From positions 1 through 32,000 of the forward strand of contig NZ_CP010341.1 in the NCBI RefSeq assembly GCF_000940845.1: a DNA stretch of 32,000 nucleotides. Direction: 5' to 3'. Source of the DNA: Propionibacterium freudenreichii subsp. freudenreichii (GTDB taxonomy: Bacteria > Actinomycetota > Actinomycetes > Propionibacteriales > Propionibacteriaceae). Numbering within the stretch: position 1 is the first letter of the stretch; every line of letters starts with the position of its first letter. Of this stretch, positions 7,866 through 17,176 are shown piece after piece. A program made the translations under genes and the position numbers. Under the pieces are notes generated by a model. The model was given only the letters and a program-made list of their open reading frames with translations. It was not told where the DNA came from and made no database searches.

Positions 7866-10424
7866 ATGTGGAAGGCGTCGTGGAAGTCCCTGATGGGACA
7901 CAAGGTCCGGCTGCTGTTGTCCGCCCTGTCGGTGGTGTTGGGCATCGCCTTCCTGTCGGGTGCGCTCACCTTCACCGGCATGCTGTCGAACACCTTCGCC
8001 GCGATCACCCAGGGCACGATCGCCGATGTGTCGGTGGGGGTGAAGGGCACCCAGAGCATTGACTCGGTGGTGACCCCGGATTACACGAAGAACCACCTGA
8101 CCAACGCCGATATCGACCGCATCCGCGGCGTGGCGGGTGTGGAGTCAGCCTCGGGGCAGATCACCCAGATGAACACGGTCTACCTGTTGGGCACCAACAA
8201 CAAGGTGGTCGGCATGGCCGGGCCACCGTCGATCGCCAGCAATTTCACCACCGAGCCGGCAATGAATCACAAGCCCGGCATCGAGGTGCGCAGCGGGCAG
8301 GCACCCACCACCGACGACGAGGTGGCGGTGGATCCCAGCTCGTTGGAGCGCAGTGGCTATCACCTCGGTGACACGGTGAAACTGCTTGCCAATGGACAGA
8401 CCATCACCAAGAAGCTGGTGGGCACGGCTGCCTGGGGTTCGGGTGGCAGTGCCGGTGCCGCCTATGTCTTCTTCGACGACGTCACCGCTTCCCAGCTGTT
8501 CATGGGTGGCGCACCGGGCTATATGCAGGCGGCCGTCACGGTGAAGGCTGGCTCCGATGTCGACGCCGTGACCAAGGCTGTCGCTGCCGCGGTGCCGGAT
8601 GGGTTCGAGGCGGTTCCGGGACATCAGGTGGCCGACCAGTTGAAGACCGCGCTCGACCAGGCGATGGACTTCGTCAACATCTTCCTGGGGGTCTTCGCGG
8701 CGATATCCCTGGTGGTGGCCTGCTTCCTCATTGTGAACACCTTCTCAATGCTGGTGGCTCAACGCAGTCGTGAGCTGGCGCTGTACCGGGCACTGGGCGC
8801 GTCCCGCGGTCAGGTGGCACGGTCGGTGATCTTCGAGGCCCTGCTGACCGGTCTGGTCGGCGGGGTCATCGGGGTTGGGCTGGGTGCCTTTCTGGCTTAT
8901 GGAATCGGAGAAGCCGTGACGGCGGCTGGCATGGATATGGTCTCTTCGGTGCCCATGCCGTCGTGGCAGAACGCATTGTTGTCGGTGGTGATCGCCGTGG
9001 TGGTCACGGTGGTCGCCGCCTGGTTCCCCTCGCGGCGCGCGAGCCGGGTGCCGCCGATCGCGGCAATGACTGGTGAGGTGACGTCGGGCGAGGGGGGTCT
9101 GGGGCGTCGCACGCTGGTCGGCACGATCATGCTGGTGGTCGGCATCGCGGGCATCTGGTCGGGTGTCACCCTGAAGGTCAGCAAGAATATGTGGCTGCTG
9201 GGTGGAGGTGCCTTCCTGGTGCTCATCGCGGTCACCTTGATGAGCCCGGTGATCGGGCGTCCGCTCATCTGGGTGATGGGACGGGCCTACCGGTTGTTGT
9301 TCGGTGAGACGGGAAAGCTTGCCGAGCTGAATGCGATCCGACTGCCCCGACGCACCGCCGCCACCGCGTCGGCGTTGATGATCGGCATCACATTGGTGTC
9401 AACCCTGTCGATCCTGGGCGCCTCCGCGAGCACATCCACCGAGCACTCCGTGCGGGACAGCCTTCGTGGCGACTTTGTCATATCGAGCCTCAATTATGGG
9501 CCGCTGCCTGCCAGCCTCTTCGACGAGGTGAAATCGACGCAGGGCGTCGCCTCGGTGCATCGGGCACGGACGGCGGCGACCACAATCAACGGCGCGCGCG
9601 CCCGGGTCATCGGCTATCCGACCAGCGATTTCAACAAGATCCAGGCGCAGTCGATGGTCACCGGCACCATGGGCGATGCGCTGGGCGAGGTGATCGTCTC
9701 GCAGGCCTACGCCGACGAGCAGAAGCTGCAGGTGGGCGGCACGCTCGAGTCGGTGGACGCCGCCACCATGGCGCCGCTGAAGCTCACCGTCACCGGCATC
9801 TTCACCACGCCCAAGGGAGGTGGCTTCGGATCGATCAACGCGAACCTTGCCACCGTGGCAGCCCTGGGCAACCGTGACCGCGACAGCCAACTGTCGGTGG
9901 ACGCCGCACCGGGCGCGTCGCACCAGTCGGTGCAGGACGCCCTCGATTCGGCCACCAGCGACAACCCGCTGATCGTGGTGCAGAACCAGCAGGAATATGC
10001 CAAGGCGCAGAGCGCCCAGATCGACCAGATGCTCACCACTGTGTACGCCCTGCTGGGGTTGGCCGTGGTGATCGCGGTGCTGGGCATCGTGAACACGCTG
10101 GCCCTGTCGGTGGTGGAACGTACCCGCGAGATCGGGTTACTGCGCGCCGTGGGCATGAAGCGTGGCCAGCTGAGGCTGATGATCACCCTGGAATCGGTGA
10201 TCATCGCCGTGCTTGGTGCCGTGCTCGGCCTGGTGATGGGCCTGGGCTTCGGCGTGGCCCTGCAGCACGTGCTGGTTGACCAGGGACTGTCGATCCTGTC
10301 GATCCCGTGGGGCCGGTTGGGAATCTTCCTGGCCGTGTCGGTGGTGGTGGGCGTGCTGGCCGCAGTGGTGCCCGCCCGACGCGCCACCAAGCTGAACATG
10401 CTCGACGCCATTTCCAGCGAATAG
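7866..10424 (+). CDS. ABC transporter permease with two FtsX/MacB-type domains
   Basis: 852 aa. Two FtsX-like modules (…IVNTFSMLVAQRSRELALYRALGASRGQV… and …IVNTLALSVVERTREIGLLRAVGMKRGQL…), each preceded by a large extracytoplasmic loop. ATG 7866 is 1 nt after the ATPase stop (TGAcATG). Confidence 0.88.
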   Translation: MWKASWKSLMGHKVRLLLSALSVVLGIAFLSGALTFTGMLSNTFAAITQGTIADVSVGVKGTQSIDSVVTPDYTKNHLTNADIDRIRGVAGVESASGQITQMNTVYLLGTNNKVVGMAGPPSIASNFTTEPAMNHKPGIEVRSGQAPTTDDEVAVDPSSLERSGYHLGDTVKLLANGQTITKKLVGTAAWGSGGSAGAAYVFFDDVTASQLFMGGAPGYMQAAVTVKAGSDVDAVTKAVAAAVPDGFEAVPGHQVADQLKTALDQAMDFVNIFLGVFAAISLVVACFLIVNTFSMLVAQRSRELALYRALGASRGQVARSVIFEALLTGLVGGVIGVGLGAFLAYGIGEAVTAAGMDMVSSVPMPSWQNALLSVVIAVVVTVVAAWFPSRRASRVPPIAAMTGEVTSGEGGLGRRTLVGTIMLVVGIAGIWSGVTLKVSKNMWLLGGGAFLVLIAVTLMSPVIGRPLIWVMGRAYRLLFGETGKLAELNAIRLPRRTAATASALMIGITLVSTLSILGASASTSTEHSVRDSLRGDFVISSLNYGPLPASLFDEVKSTQGVASVHRARTAATTINGARARVIGYPTSDFNKIQAQSMVTGTMGDALGEVIVSQAYADEQKLQVGGTLESVDAATMAPLKLTVTGIFTTPKGGGFGSINANLATVAALGNRDRDSQLSVDAAPGASHQSVQDALDSATSDNPLIVVQNQQEYAKAQSAQIDQMLTTVYALLGLAVVIAVLGIVNTLALSVVERTREIGLLRAVGMKRGQLRLMITLESVIIAVLGAVLGLVMGLGFGVALQHVLVDQGLSILSIPWGRLGIFLAVSVVVGVLAAVVPARRATKLNMLDAISSE

Positions 10425-11091
10425 GGATATTGCGACGCCGTGCTGCGATATTCCCCGGAGTTATCGCTTGCGGATATCGATTATTGGCCTCGTGGGGCCC
10501 GCCCGGTGACGAGCAGGTGAATTCCCTGCCGGACGCCCATCCCTGACGCCCAGCTCCGCGCGCCGGCGGGTGGCTCGGTGTCCCGCCCGGTGGTGCAACC
10601 CGGTGGCGCGACCCATGTCCCCTGCCGATACCCCGGATGGCATGGCACGTCGCCCGAGGCGGGGCTTCGGGGTGTGGGGGCTCGCAGGGTGGGGGCTGGC
10701 CCGTCTCGTCGGATGAACGCGCCCCGGACGGCGTCGTGGCTGGTCAGGGCCGTGTGGCCGCAACGACGGCCCTGCACGCGGTCGCGTCCCGGGCCCGATG
10801 ACGCCTGGTGAGGGACGCCATGGTCGGTGTGCTCGTCCCGGCGGTTTCCCATGCCGGCAGTCCCCCATGCCGGTGGTGAGTTCGCGGTCCTGACTGGTGG
10901 GCTGGCCGGGGCGTCCACCGGAAGTGGGCCCAACCCGGCGGAATCTGCTTTCGCGACGCTGTTGCCGCAACTATCGCGTCGACAAACCGCGCTCGTGGAT
11001 TGGCGCGACATCCGCCGACTGCGACGCCGTGATCGGCCCGTGATGGCGCGCGCTCAGTGGAATCGGGTCGCCTGGGGAAGCTGCGCACACC

Positions 11092-11335
11092 GGTGGACAA
11101 ACTGTTGATAACTTCGCTGATCGGAGCCGATGTGCGGTGTTTCCTGCTTGTCGGGCTGTGGTGTTGTGGCGGTTCGCGTGCCGGGGCGCCACCGACGGAG
11201 TGACGCTTTTCCCGCGTGAAAGTGCGATCGTTGAAGCATTTACGGCCTCGCCGGTCGGTGCCTGCGGGTGCTCCGCGGGCAGCCGATGGTTACCCAGAGA
11301 GTTATCCACAGGGCGGTGGGTTGATTGGTGGATAA
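11092..11335. promoter_or_regulatory. Four DnaA-box-like sites in the long dnaN-upstream non-coding region
   Basis: GGTGGACAA 11092-11100 (rc TTGTCCACC, 8/9). TGTTGATAA 11103-11111 (rc TTATCAACA, 8/9). TTATCCACA 11302-11310 (9/9). GGTGGATAA 11327-11335 (rc TTATCCACC, 8/9). A direct repeat GGCGGTGGGTT at 11312 and 11343 flanks the last box. Confidence 0.5.
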
Positions 11336-11835
11336 GTCGACAGGCGGTGGGTTCGGCGTCGCCAGCGCGGCGCAGGGCTTGGGGGTGACGATGCGTCACG
11401 ATCGGGCCCGCTTGTCAACCGACACGAAGGTGACCACTGCCCCCACCGTGACGGGGCCGGCACAGCACAGATCTTGCGGCCGAATGCCCCCTGTGGCGCA
11501 TGATTTCCCGGGATGGGTACGTCGCCGATCACGACGCGCCAAGGGCTCGGGGCGAGGTCGGTCTGCGATGCGCCGGTCGATCCCCCCGTCCGGTGTTGCG
11601 GCCGTGCCGTCCCATGTCGGCCGGGACGCCGCAGGGCGCCGTGGCACGCCCTCGCCGCGCCCCGCTATTGGGGCACTCCGCTGTTGGGGCTGCCACCGAA
11701 GGAACCGGTGTCCTGAGGCGGAACCCAGGTCGCCGTCGAGCCCCTGCGGCCATGACGCAGGAAATCCGTGGGTTCGCTGCCCTACGCGCTCGATTTCTTC
11801 GGCCCGGCGGCGGTCACCGCAGGCGGCGTCAGAGT

Positions 11836-11859
11836 GACGTCGGGCGGGACGTCGGGCGG
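11836..11859. repeat. Perfect 12-bp tandem duplication (GACGTCGGGCGG x2)
   Basis: Read directly at 11836-11847 and 11848-11859. Followed by GGCGGTCGG-like partial copies. Confidence 0.8.
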
Positions 11860-11917
11860 TCGGCAAGGCGGTCGGAATGGGTGAACAACGCGTGAACACA
11901 TTGCGGGGTGCTTTCAG

Positions 11918-11992
11918 GGAGCGCCATAAGGGAGCGCGATAAGGCAGCGCCATAGGTGATCTCGCAGAGATAAGGGATTGGCACAAGGGATT
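11918..11992. repeat. Three head-to-tail 13-mers plus 13-bp-spaced AAGGGATT repeats about 310 bp upstream of dnaN
   Basis: GGAGCGCCATAAG (11918-11930), GGAGCGCGATAAG (11931-11943), GCAGCGCCATAGG (11944-11956). Then ATCTC-GCA-GAGAT mini-palindrome. AAGGGATT occurs at 11972-11979 and 11985-11992. This is locally the least GC-rich part of the intergenic region. Confidence 0.7.
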
Positions 11993-12299
11993 TCGTGCCG
12001 GAACCGCTATTTTCTTCACCCGGTCCTCGTCCGCGCGGGATATCGCCGCCATCCCGCGGGATTGACGGGGCAACGCCGCGTCCACACGACCATTCCATGG
12101 GTGCATCGGCGTCCGCTCGCCGCTATTGCCGGCCGATGGGGTGCCCGCAGCTCTGTGATGTCGCGGGGTCATGCGTCAACCCTCAACCGTCACTTGCCAC
12201 CGCTGAACAGAACGTCGGAGCAGGCCGATATGATGCAAGCGCCGCGGTAGGCGGCTTGCCGAGTGGTCGAGAAAGACAGCACAACGGAGCGAGGAATCA

Positions 12300-13460
12300 G
12301 TGAAGATCACAGTCGAGCGCGATGTCATGGCGGAGGCTGTTGCCTGGGTGGCACGCAGCCTGCCCAATCGCCCGAGCGTTCCGATCCTTGCCGGCCTGCT
12401 CATGAGGGCCACGGGGAGCCAGCTCGTGCTGTCGAGCTTCGACTATGAGACCAGTGCACGCATCACCATTGACGCGCAGGTCGATGAGGAGGGCGAGGCC
12501 CTCGTCTCGGGGCGCCTGCTGTCAGAGATCGCCCGCAGCCTGCCCAATCGTCCGGCCCGCTTCACCGCCAACTCCAACCACGTGGAACTGGTGTGTGGCT
12601 CGGCCCGCTTCACCCTGCAGATGCTGCCGGTGGAGGACTACCCGCAGCTGCCCGAGATGCCCGCCGAGAGCGGCACCGTCCCCAGCGACGAGTTCACCCG
12701 TTCCGTGGCCCAGGTGGTGGTGGCCGCCGGTCGCGACGAGCTGCTGCCCGTGTTCACCGGCGTGCGCATCGAGATCAACGACGATCGCCTCTCGCTGCTG
12801 GCCACCGACCGCTACCGCATGGCGTTGAAGGAACTCACCTGGAATCCGGCCACCACGCAGGCCGAGAGCGCCGCCCTGGTGCCCGCCCGCGTGCTGTCGG
12901 AATCGGCCCGTTCCATGGGTGGTGGCGAGGCCGTTGCCCTGGCATTGTCCAATGGCATCGAGGGCGAGGGGCTCATCGGATTGTCCGGCGAGGGCGCCGG
13001 CGGACGCCGCGAACTCACCACCCGGCTGCTCGACGGCGAATTCCCCAAAGTGCGCCACCTGATGGACATCAAGCCCAATGTCACCGTGCGCGTGAAGACC
13101 GAGGAGGTGCTCGAGTCGGTCAAGCGCGTCTCCCTGGTCGCCGAGCGCAACACCTCGGTGCGCATGGTCATCGAGGACGACCGCATCGCACTCGACGCCG
13201 CCACCGGCGACCAGGCGCAGGCCACCGAGGCCATTGAGGCCCAGGTGAACAATGTGGCCGGCGGCGAGATGGCCGTATCGGCCGTGGGGTTCAACCCCCG
13301 CTACCTGACCGATGCGCTCTCGGCGCTTGATACGCCCTATGTGCAGTTCTCGTTCACGGCCCCCGGCAAGCCCTGCCTGGTGCAGGGACTGCCCGACGTC
13401 GATGGCGAGCCCGAGGCCGACTACAAGCATGTGATCATGCTGATGCGCCTGCCCGGCTGA
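12300..13460 (+). CDS. dnaN: DNA polymerase III beta sliding clamp
   Basis: 386 aa with a typical DnaN N-terminus (MKITVERDVMAEAVAWVARSLP.RPSVPILAGLLM...LVLSSFDYETSARI) and three-domain length. GTG 12300 is preceded by GGAGCGAGGAA. Position is upstream of recF. Confidence 0.92.
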   Translation: MKITVERDVMAEAVAWVARSLPNRPSVPILAGLLMRATGSQLVLSSFDYETSARITIDAQVDEEGEALVSGRLLSEIARSLPNRPARFTANSNHVELVCGSARFTLQMLPVEDYPQLPEMPAESGTVPSDEFTRSVAQVVVAAGRDELLPVFTGVRIEINDDRLSLLATDRYRMALKELTWNPATTQAESAALVPARVLSESARSMGGGEAVALALSNGIEGEGLIGLSGEGAGGRRELTTRLLDGEFPKVRHLMDIKPNVTVRVKTEEVLESVKRVSLVAERNTSVRMVIEDDRIALDAATGDQAQATEAIEAQVNNVAGGEMAVSAVGFNPRYLTDALSALDTPYVQFSFTAPGKPCLVQGLPDVDGEPEADYKHVIMLMRLPG

Positions 13461-13533
13461 CCGATCGACCGCGGAGCGGGGCTGGCCTAGGCTGGCACCG
13501 TCGCATTGATGTCGTTCGGGAGGGGTGCAGCCG

Positions 13534-14835
13534 ATGTTCGTCGAGCACCTCGAGCTGAAGGACTTTCGTTCCTACGAGGCCGCCAAGCTCGATATCGGCC
13601 CGGGTGTGTCGGTGTTCGTGGGGCCCAACGGCCACGGCAAGACCAACCTGGTGGAGGCCGTCGAATACCTGTCGACGCTGTCGAGCCACCGGGTGTCGGC
13701 CGATGCGCCATTGATCCGCGCCGGCACCAGCCAGGCGATCGTCAGGGCGCTGGTGGTGGCGGGTCGCGACGACCCCCGCAAGCTGCTGCTGGAGCTCGAG
13801 ATCAACGCCGGACGCGCCAACCATGCGCGCATCAACCGGGCGCCGGTGCGGCGGATGCGCGATTTCATCGGGGCGCTGCGCACGGTGGTGTTCAGCCCCG
13901 AGGACCTGGCGATGGTGAAGGGCGATCCCACCGACCGGCGTGCCTTCCTCGATGCCCTGGTGATCACCCGGTGGCCGCGGCTGGCCGGCGTGAAATCTGA
14001 CTACGACCGGGTGCTGCGGCAACGTAATACCCTGCTGAAGACGCTGGCGCGACGCTCGTCGCGCGTCGATGGGGGCGACGTGGCCACCCTCGACGTGTGG
14101 AACGAGCGGCTGGCCCAGTTCGGCGCTGAGCTGTTGGCGGCGCGGCTGGCAACCCTGTCCGACCTGATGCCCTATGCGCGGGCGAGCTATGCGGCGATCG
14201 CGCCGGTGAACAACCGGGTGGACGCCCGCTACAAGTCGTCGTTGGGTGGGCTGTCCGAGCTGCTGGGCTATGCCACCGACGGTGCACCCGGTGAGCTTCC
14301 GGAGGCCGCGGACACCGACGACGAAGTGCGCACCCCGGCGCCCGGGCCCGACCAGCTGGCGGTGCTCATGATGGACGCCATGGCTGCGCGGCGCGGCGAC
14401 GAACTCGCCCGCGGCGTCACCCTGGTGGGTCCCCACCGCGATGATGTGACCCTGACGATCGGCACCCTGCCGGCGAAGGGCTATGCCAGCCACGGTGAGA
14501 GCTGGTCGCTCGCCCTGGCGCTGCGGTTGGGATCACTCGACATGCTGCGCGCCGACGACGTGGAGCCGGTGCTGGTGCTCGACGATGTGTTCGCCGAGCT
14601 CGACGTGACGCGACGTGATCGCCTTGCCGACGCCGTCGCGAAGGCCGAGCAGGTGCTGGTGACTGCCGCGGTCGGCTCCGACGTGCCCGGGCAGCTGAAT
14701 GGGCAGCGCTTCGACGTCGACCTGCGCGGATCGGCGCACGCCGGGCATGAGGAGAGCGCCACCGGGCCGCGTGTTTCGATCGTGTCCCCAGCCTTGTCCA
14801 CAGGCTCTGTCCACAGGTCTGTGGACAATGACTGA
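13534..14835 (+). CDS. recF: DNA replication/repair protein RecF (with about 45-aa C-terminal read-through tail)
   Basis: MFVEHLELKDFRSYE, Walker A GPNGHGKTNL, signature-like HGESWSLALALRLGS, Walker B LVLDDVFAELD. ATG 13534 lies 8 nt after GGGAGGGG. The last ~45 codons (…RGSAHAGHEESATGPRVSIVSPALSTGSVHRSVDND) lie beyond the conserved RecF end and run through the DnaA-box trio. Confidence 0.9.
   Translation: MFVEHLELKDFRSYEAAKLDIGPGVSVFVGPNGHGKTNLVEAVEYLSTLSSHRVSADAPLIRAGTSQAIVRALVVAGRDDPRKLLLELEINAGRANHARINRAPVRRMRDFIGALRTVVFSPEDLAMVKGDPTDRRAFLDALVITRWPRLAGVKSDYDRVLRQRNTLLKTLARRSSRVDGGDVATLDVWNERLAQFGAELLAARLATLSDLMPYARASYAAIAPVNNRVDARYKSSLGGLSELLGYATDGAPGELPEAADTDDEVRTPAPGPDQLAVLMMDAMAARRGDELARGVTLVGPHRDDVTLTIGTLPAKGYASHGESWSLALALRLGSLDMLRADDVEPVLVLDDVFAELDVTRRDRLADAVAKAEQVLVTAAVGSDVPGQLNGQRFDVDLRGSAHAGHEESATGPRVSIVSPALSTGSVHRSVDND
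14794..14828. promoter_or_regulatory. Three DnaA boxes at 13-bp spacing overlapping the recF stop and dciA start
   Basis: TTGTCCACA 14794-14802 (9/9 to the actinobacterial consensus). CTGTCCACA 14807-14815 (8/9). TGTGGACAA 14820-14828 (inverted, 9/9). The last base of box 3 is the A of the dciA ATG. Confidence 0.65.
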
Positions 14836-15610
14836 GCGCGAACGGCACCCCGGTGAGGCGCCGATGCCCTGGGGCGATGGGCTGCCGCCGTGGCAGCGCG
14901 ACCAGGAAGCCCCGCCGGAGCCTCCCGATCCGACCCCGCCGGATCCGATCCTCCCCGATTCGACCGAACCCGTTTCCACAGGGCCCGATCCCGCGGAAGA
15001 TGATCCGACGAGCTCTGGCTCGTCGAACGGCGAGCGCTGGGACCCATCGGGGGGCGACCCATCGGCAGGCGGGCCGGATGAGGGGGCGGTTCCGGACGAC
15101 CACGATCCCGAGGGCTTCGAGGTGGCCACCAGCGTGGCCCACCAGCTGTCGGGGATGTTGCCCCCGGCCAGGTTGGGCCCGCGCAAGAAGGGCAGAAAGC
15201 GCCGTCGGCGTGCCCGACTGTTCGACGAGGAGCGATCCGGTGCCGGCCCCGATGTGCGCGACCCGCAGGCGGTCGGATCGGCGATGGAGAAGCTCGTCAA
15301 CGAGCGTGGCTGGCGCACCCAGTTGGGCCTGCGCCTGATCGTCGGGCGCTGGGCCGAGTTGGTGGGGCCGACGAATGCCGCCCATTCGCGTCCCGAGAGC
15401 TATCGCGACCGGGTGTTGGTGGTGCGGGCCGAGTCGAGCACCTGGGCGTCGGCATTGCGGCTGCTGGCGCCCCAGCTGGTGGCGGAGCTGAATCGTCGCC
15501 TGGGCGATGGTTCGGTGATCCGGGTGGACGTGCGTGGCCCCGCCGCGCCCAGTTGGCGCCATGGGCGTCGAACGGTGAATGGACGCGGTCCCCGCGACAC
15601 CTATGGGTGA
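14828..15610 (+). CDS. dciA: DUF721 / DciA-like protein (Rv0004-type, putative replicative-helicase operator) with a Pro/Asp-rich N-terminal half
   Basis: The C-terminal DUF721-like block (VGSAMEKLVNERGWRTQLGLRLIVGRWAELVG...HSRPESYRDRVLVVRAESSTWASALRLLAPQLVAELNRRLG.GSVIRVDV) and the conserved position after recF support the call. ATG 14828 overlaps the recF stop (ATGACTGA). Confidence 0.8.
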   Translation: MTERERHPGEAPMPWGDGLPPWQRDQEAPPEPPDPTPPDPILPDSTEPVSTGPDPAEDDPTSSGSSNGERWDPSGGDPSAGGPDEGAVPDDHDPEGFEVATSVAHQLSGMLPPARLGPRKKGRKRRRRARLFDEERSGAGPDVRDPQAVGSAMEKLVNERGWRTQLGLRLIVGRWAELVGPTNAAHSRPESYRDRVLVVRAESSTWASALRLLAPQLVAELNRRLGDGSVIRVDVRGPAAPSWRHGRRTVNGRGPRDTYG

Positions 15611-15663
15611 GTGATGCGGTGGGCGAGTGACGCCGGGACGAGTGGGCAGTGGCTGAGTGACGC
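15609..15663. repeat. Four copies of a 15-16-bp periodic GAGTGAYGC repeat immediately after the dciA stop
   Basis: GAGTGATGC 15609, GAGTGACGC 15625, GAGTGGGC 15640, GAGTGACGC 15655. Each is preceded by GG(G/C)(T/C). Confidence 0.6.
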
Positions 15664-17176
15664 CCCGACGGGCCGGCTCTGGCAAGGGGATTCGTGGCGA
15701 ATCCGGCCGCCCCACGGTCACCACGGTGGGCGCATGTGACCACGATGTGAAAGTCGGGGACAGGGTCTTCACAGGAACCTATGAGTTCCAGTAATCTGCA
15801 CTACAGGACGACCGGGTGCCGTTCAGCCCTTGTTTCAACCCCACCTCAAGGAGCACTGCCCCATGAAGACTCGTGTTCGCTCCCGCAAGCCGGCCGCTGG
15901 CCTTGCCGGGATAGCCCTTTTCGCCAGCGGCCTCAGCCTCATGTCAACCGTCGCATCCCGTGCCGATTCCGGGCTGCCCAGTGGAGTCCACGAGGGGGTG
16001 TGCATCCCGAAGGACGGTGCTGGATCGTTCAACATCATCAACAATGACGACCAGATGAGTCGAACGAAGTACACCGACAGCTACGACAACATCTACCGAT
16101 GCATTACTCCCCCAGCAGCCCAGGCAGCTGGGCTGACCTATTCATCACCGATGAAGTCATTCCTGCATGCGGCCGGATTTACGTCAACCGATGTCTCTGA
16201 CAAGTCAATTCTTGCCCAGGATGATCAGTGGAAGGGCTATACAAATGGCGCAGATGGTACGCCGCTGACGAATTCCTACGGGGCCCCTTTGAACTCGATG
16301 ATCGCCGCTTATGATCGTGATGGATCCGTTACCACGAAAATTGACGGAAATCCGAGCAAGTACGGTCAGGATCTGCCGATTCCGGGCTACTGGGATACGC
16401 AAGTGGGAACGGCATCAAGTGGTAACTGGTGGATTCCAAACAACGGCCCGACCGGAACCGGCGGGGTCGTGGCAGGGTCGTATCTCTGGAACCAGCGAGT
16501 AGCTGCTGGAACACTCGGCCAGCAGGACGACGGCACGCCTTTTGAGGAGATACAGAAGGGTAATCCGGCACTGAAGCGAGATTGGAACACGATACATTGG
16601 AACACAATCCAATTCAATTTCAATCCATCGAACACACCCGCGTTCACATTTATTGATTATTTAGGCTTTCGTGACCTGAATAATCTGCCTCCGATTGACG
16701 TAACTCAGCGGGACATCAATGCAAATGTGACGCTCAAACTCTCGACCATGTATGAGGGATATCCTGGAACATCCTTCCCGGCGCGTCCAGAGAGTGACTT
16801 CGCGGCCGGAAAACTCAAGACAGTTCAGCGAACGCACGAGAACGATCCTGACGTGATACCTGCAGATGACGTGTCGGAACCCTCCACCCCAGGTGTGAGC
16901 ACTCCGTCACCGCAGCCTTCTTCGCCGCAGCCGTCGTCTCCTGCGACGGGTGGTGATGGTGGTGGTACCACGGTGCCGCCGGCGGGTGATTGCTTCGTGG
17001 ATGTGCATGCGGGTGATCAGTTCGCGGATGATATTTGCTGGGCGAAGTCCCAGGGGATCACCACGGGTTGGCCTGATGGTACGTATCGTCCGGTGACGCC
17101 GATCAATCGTGATGCGTTGATTGCCTATATCTATCGTTTGGCTGGTTCTCCGGCGTTTACGCCGTCGGGTCAGACG

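Noticed and set aside
10425-10490. GATAT-containing quasi-palindromes right after the ABC permease stop as a terminator or DUE
   Set aside because: The arms do not pair cleanly; the best stem is 6 bp (GCGATA/TATCGC). There is no U tract. The evidence is too weak to call.
11836-11992. Short tandem repeats considered as a possible CRISPR array
   Set aside because: The units are 12-13 bp and directly abutting with no spacers. There are only 2-3 copies and no cas genes. This is not CRISPR architecture.
11396-12172. 258-aa minus-strand ORF, and other 60-175-aa ORFs between 10430 and 12300, as possible genes in the dnaN-upstream gap
   Set aside because: All translations are Arg/Pro/Gly/Ala-rich with no hydrophobic core pattern, motifs or SD-linked starts. 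The region is better explained as a non-coding origin or leader region. Decayed pseudogenes cannot be excluded without a homology search.
13435-15772. Minus-strand ORFs 13435..14493 (352 aa) and 14417..15772 (451 aa)
   Set aside because: They are antisense to recF and dciA. The sequence is Arg/Pro/Gly-rich junk. The plus-strand genes carry clear family motifs.
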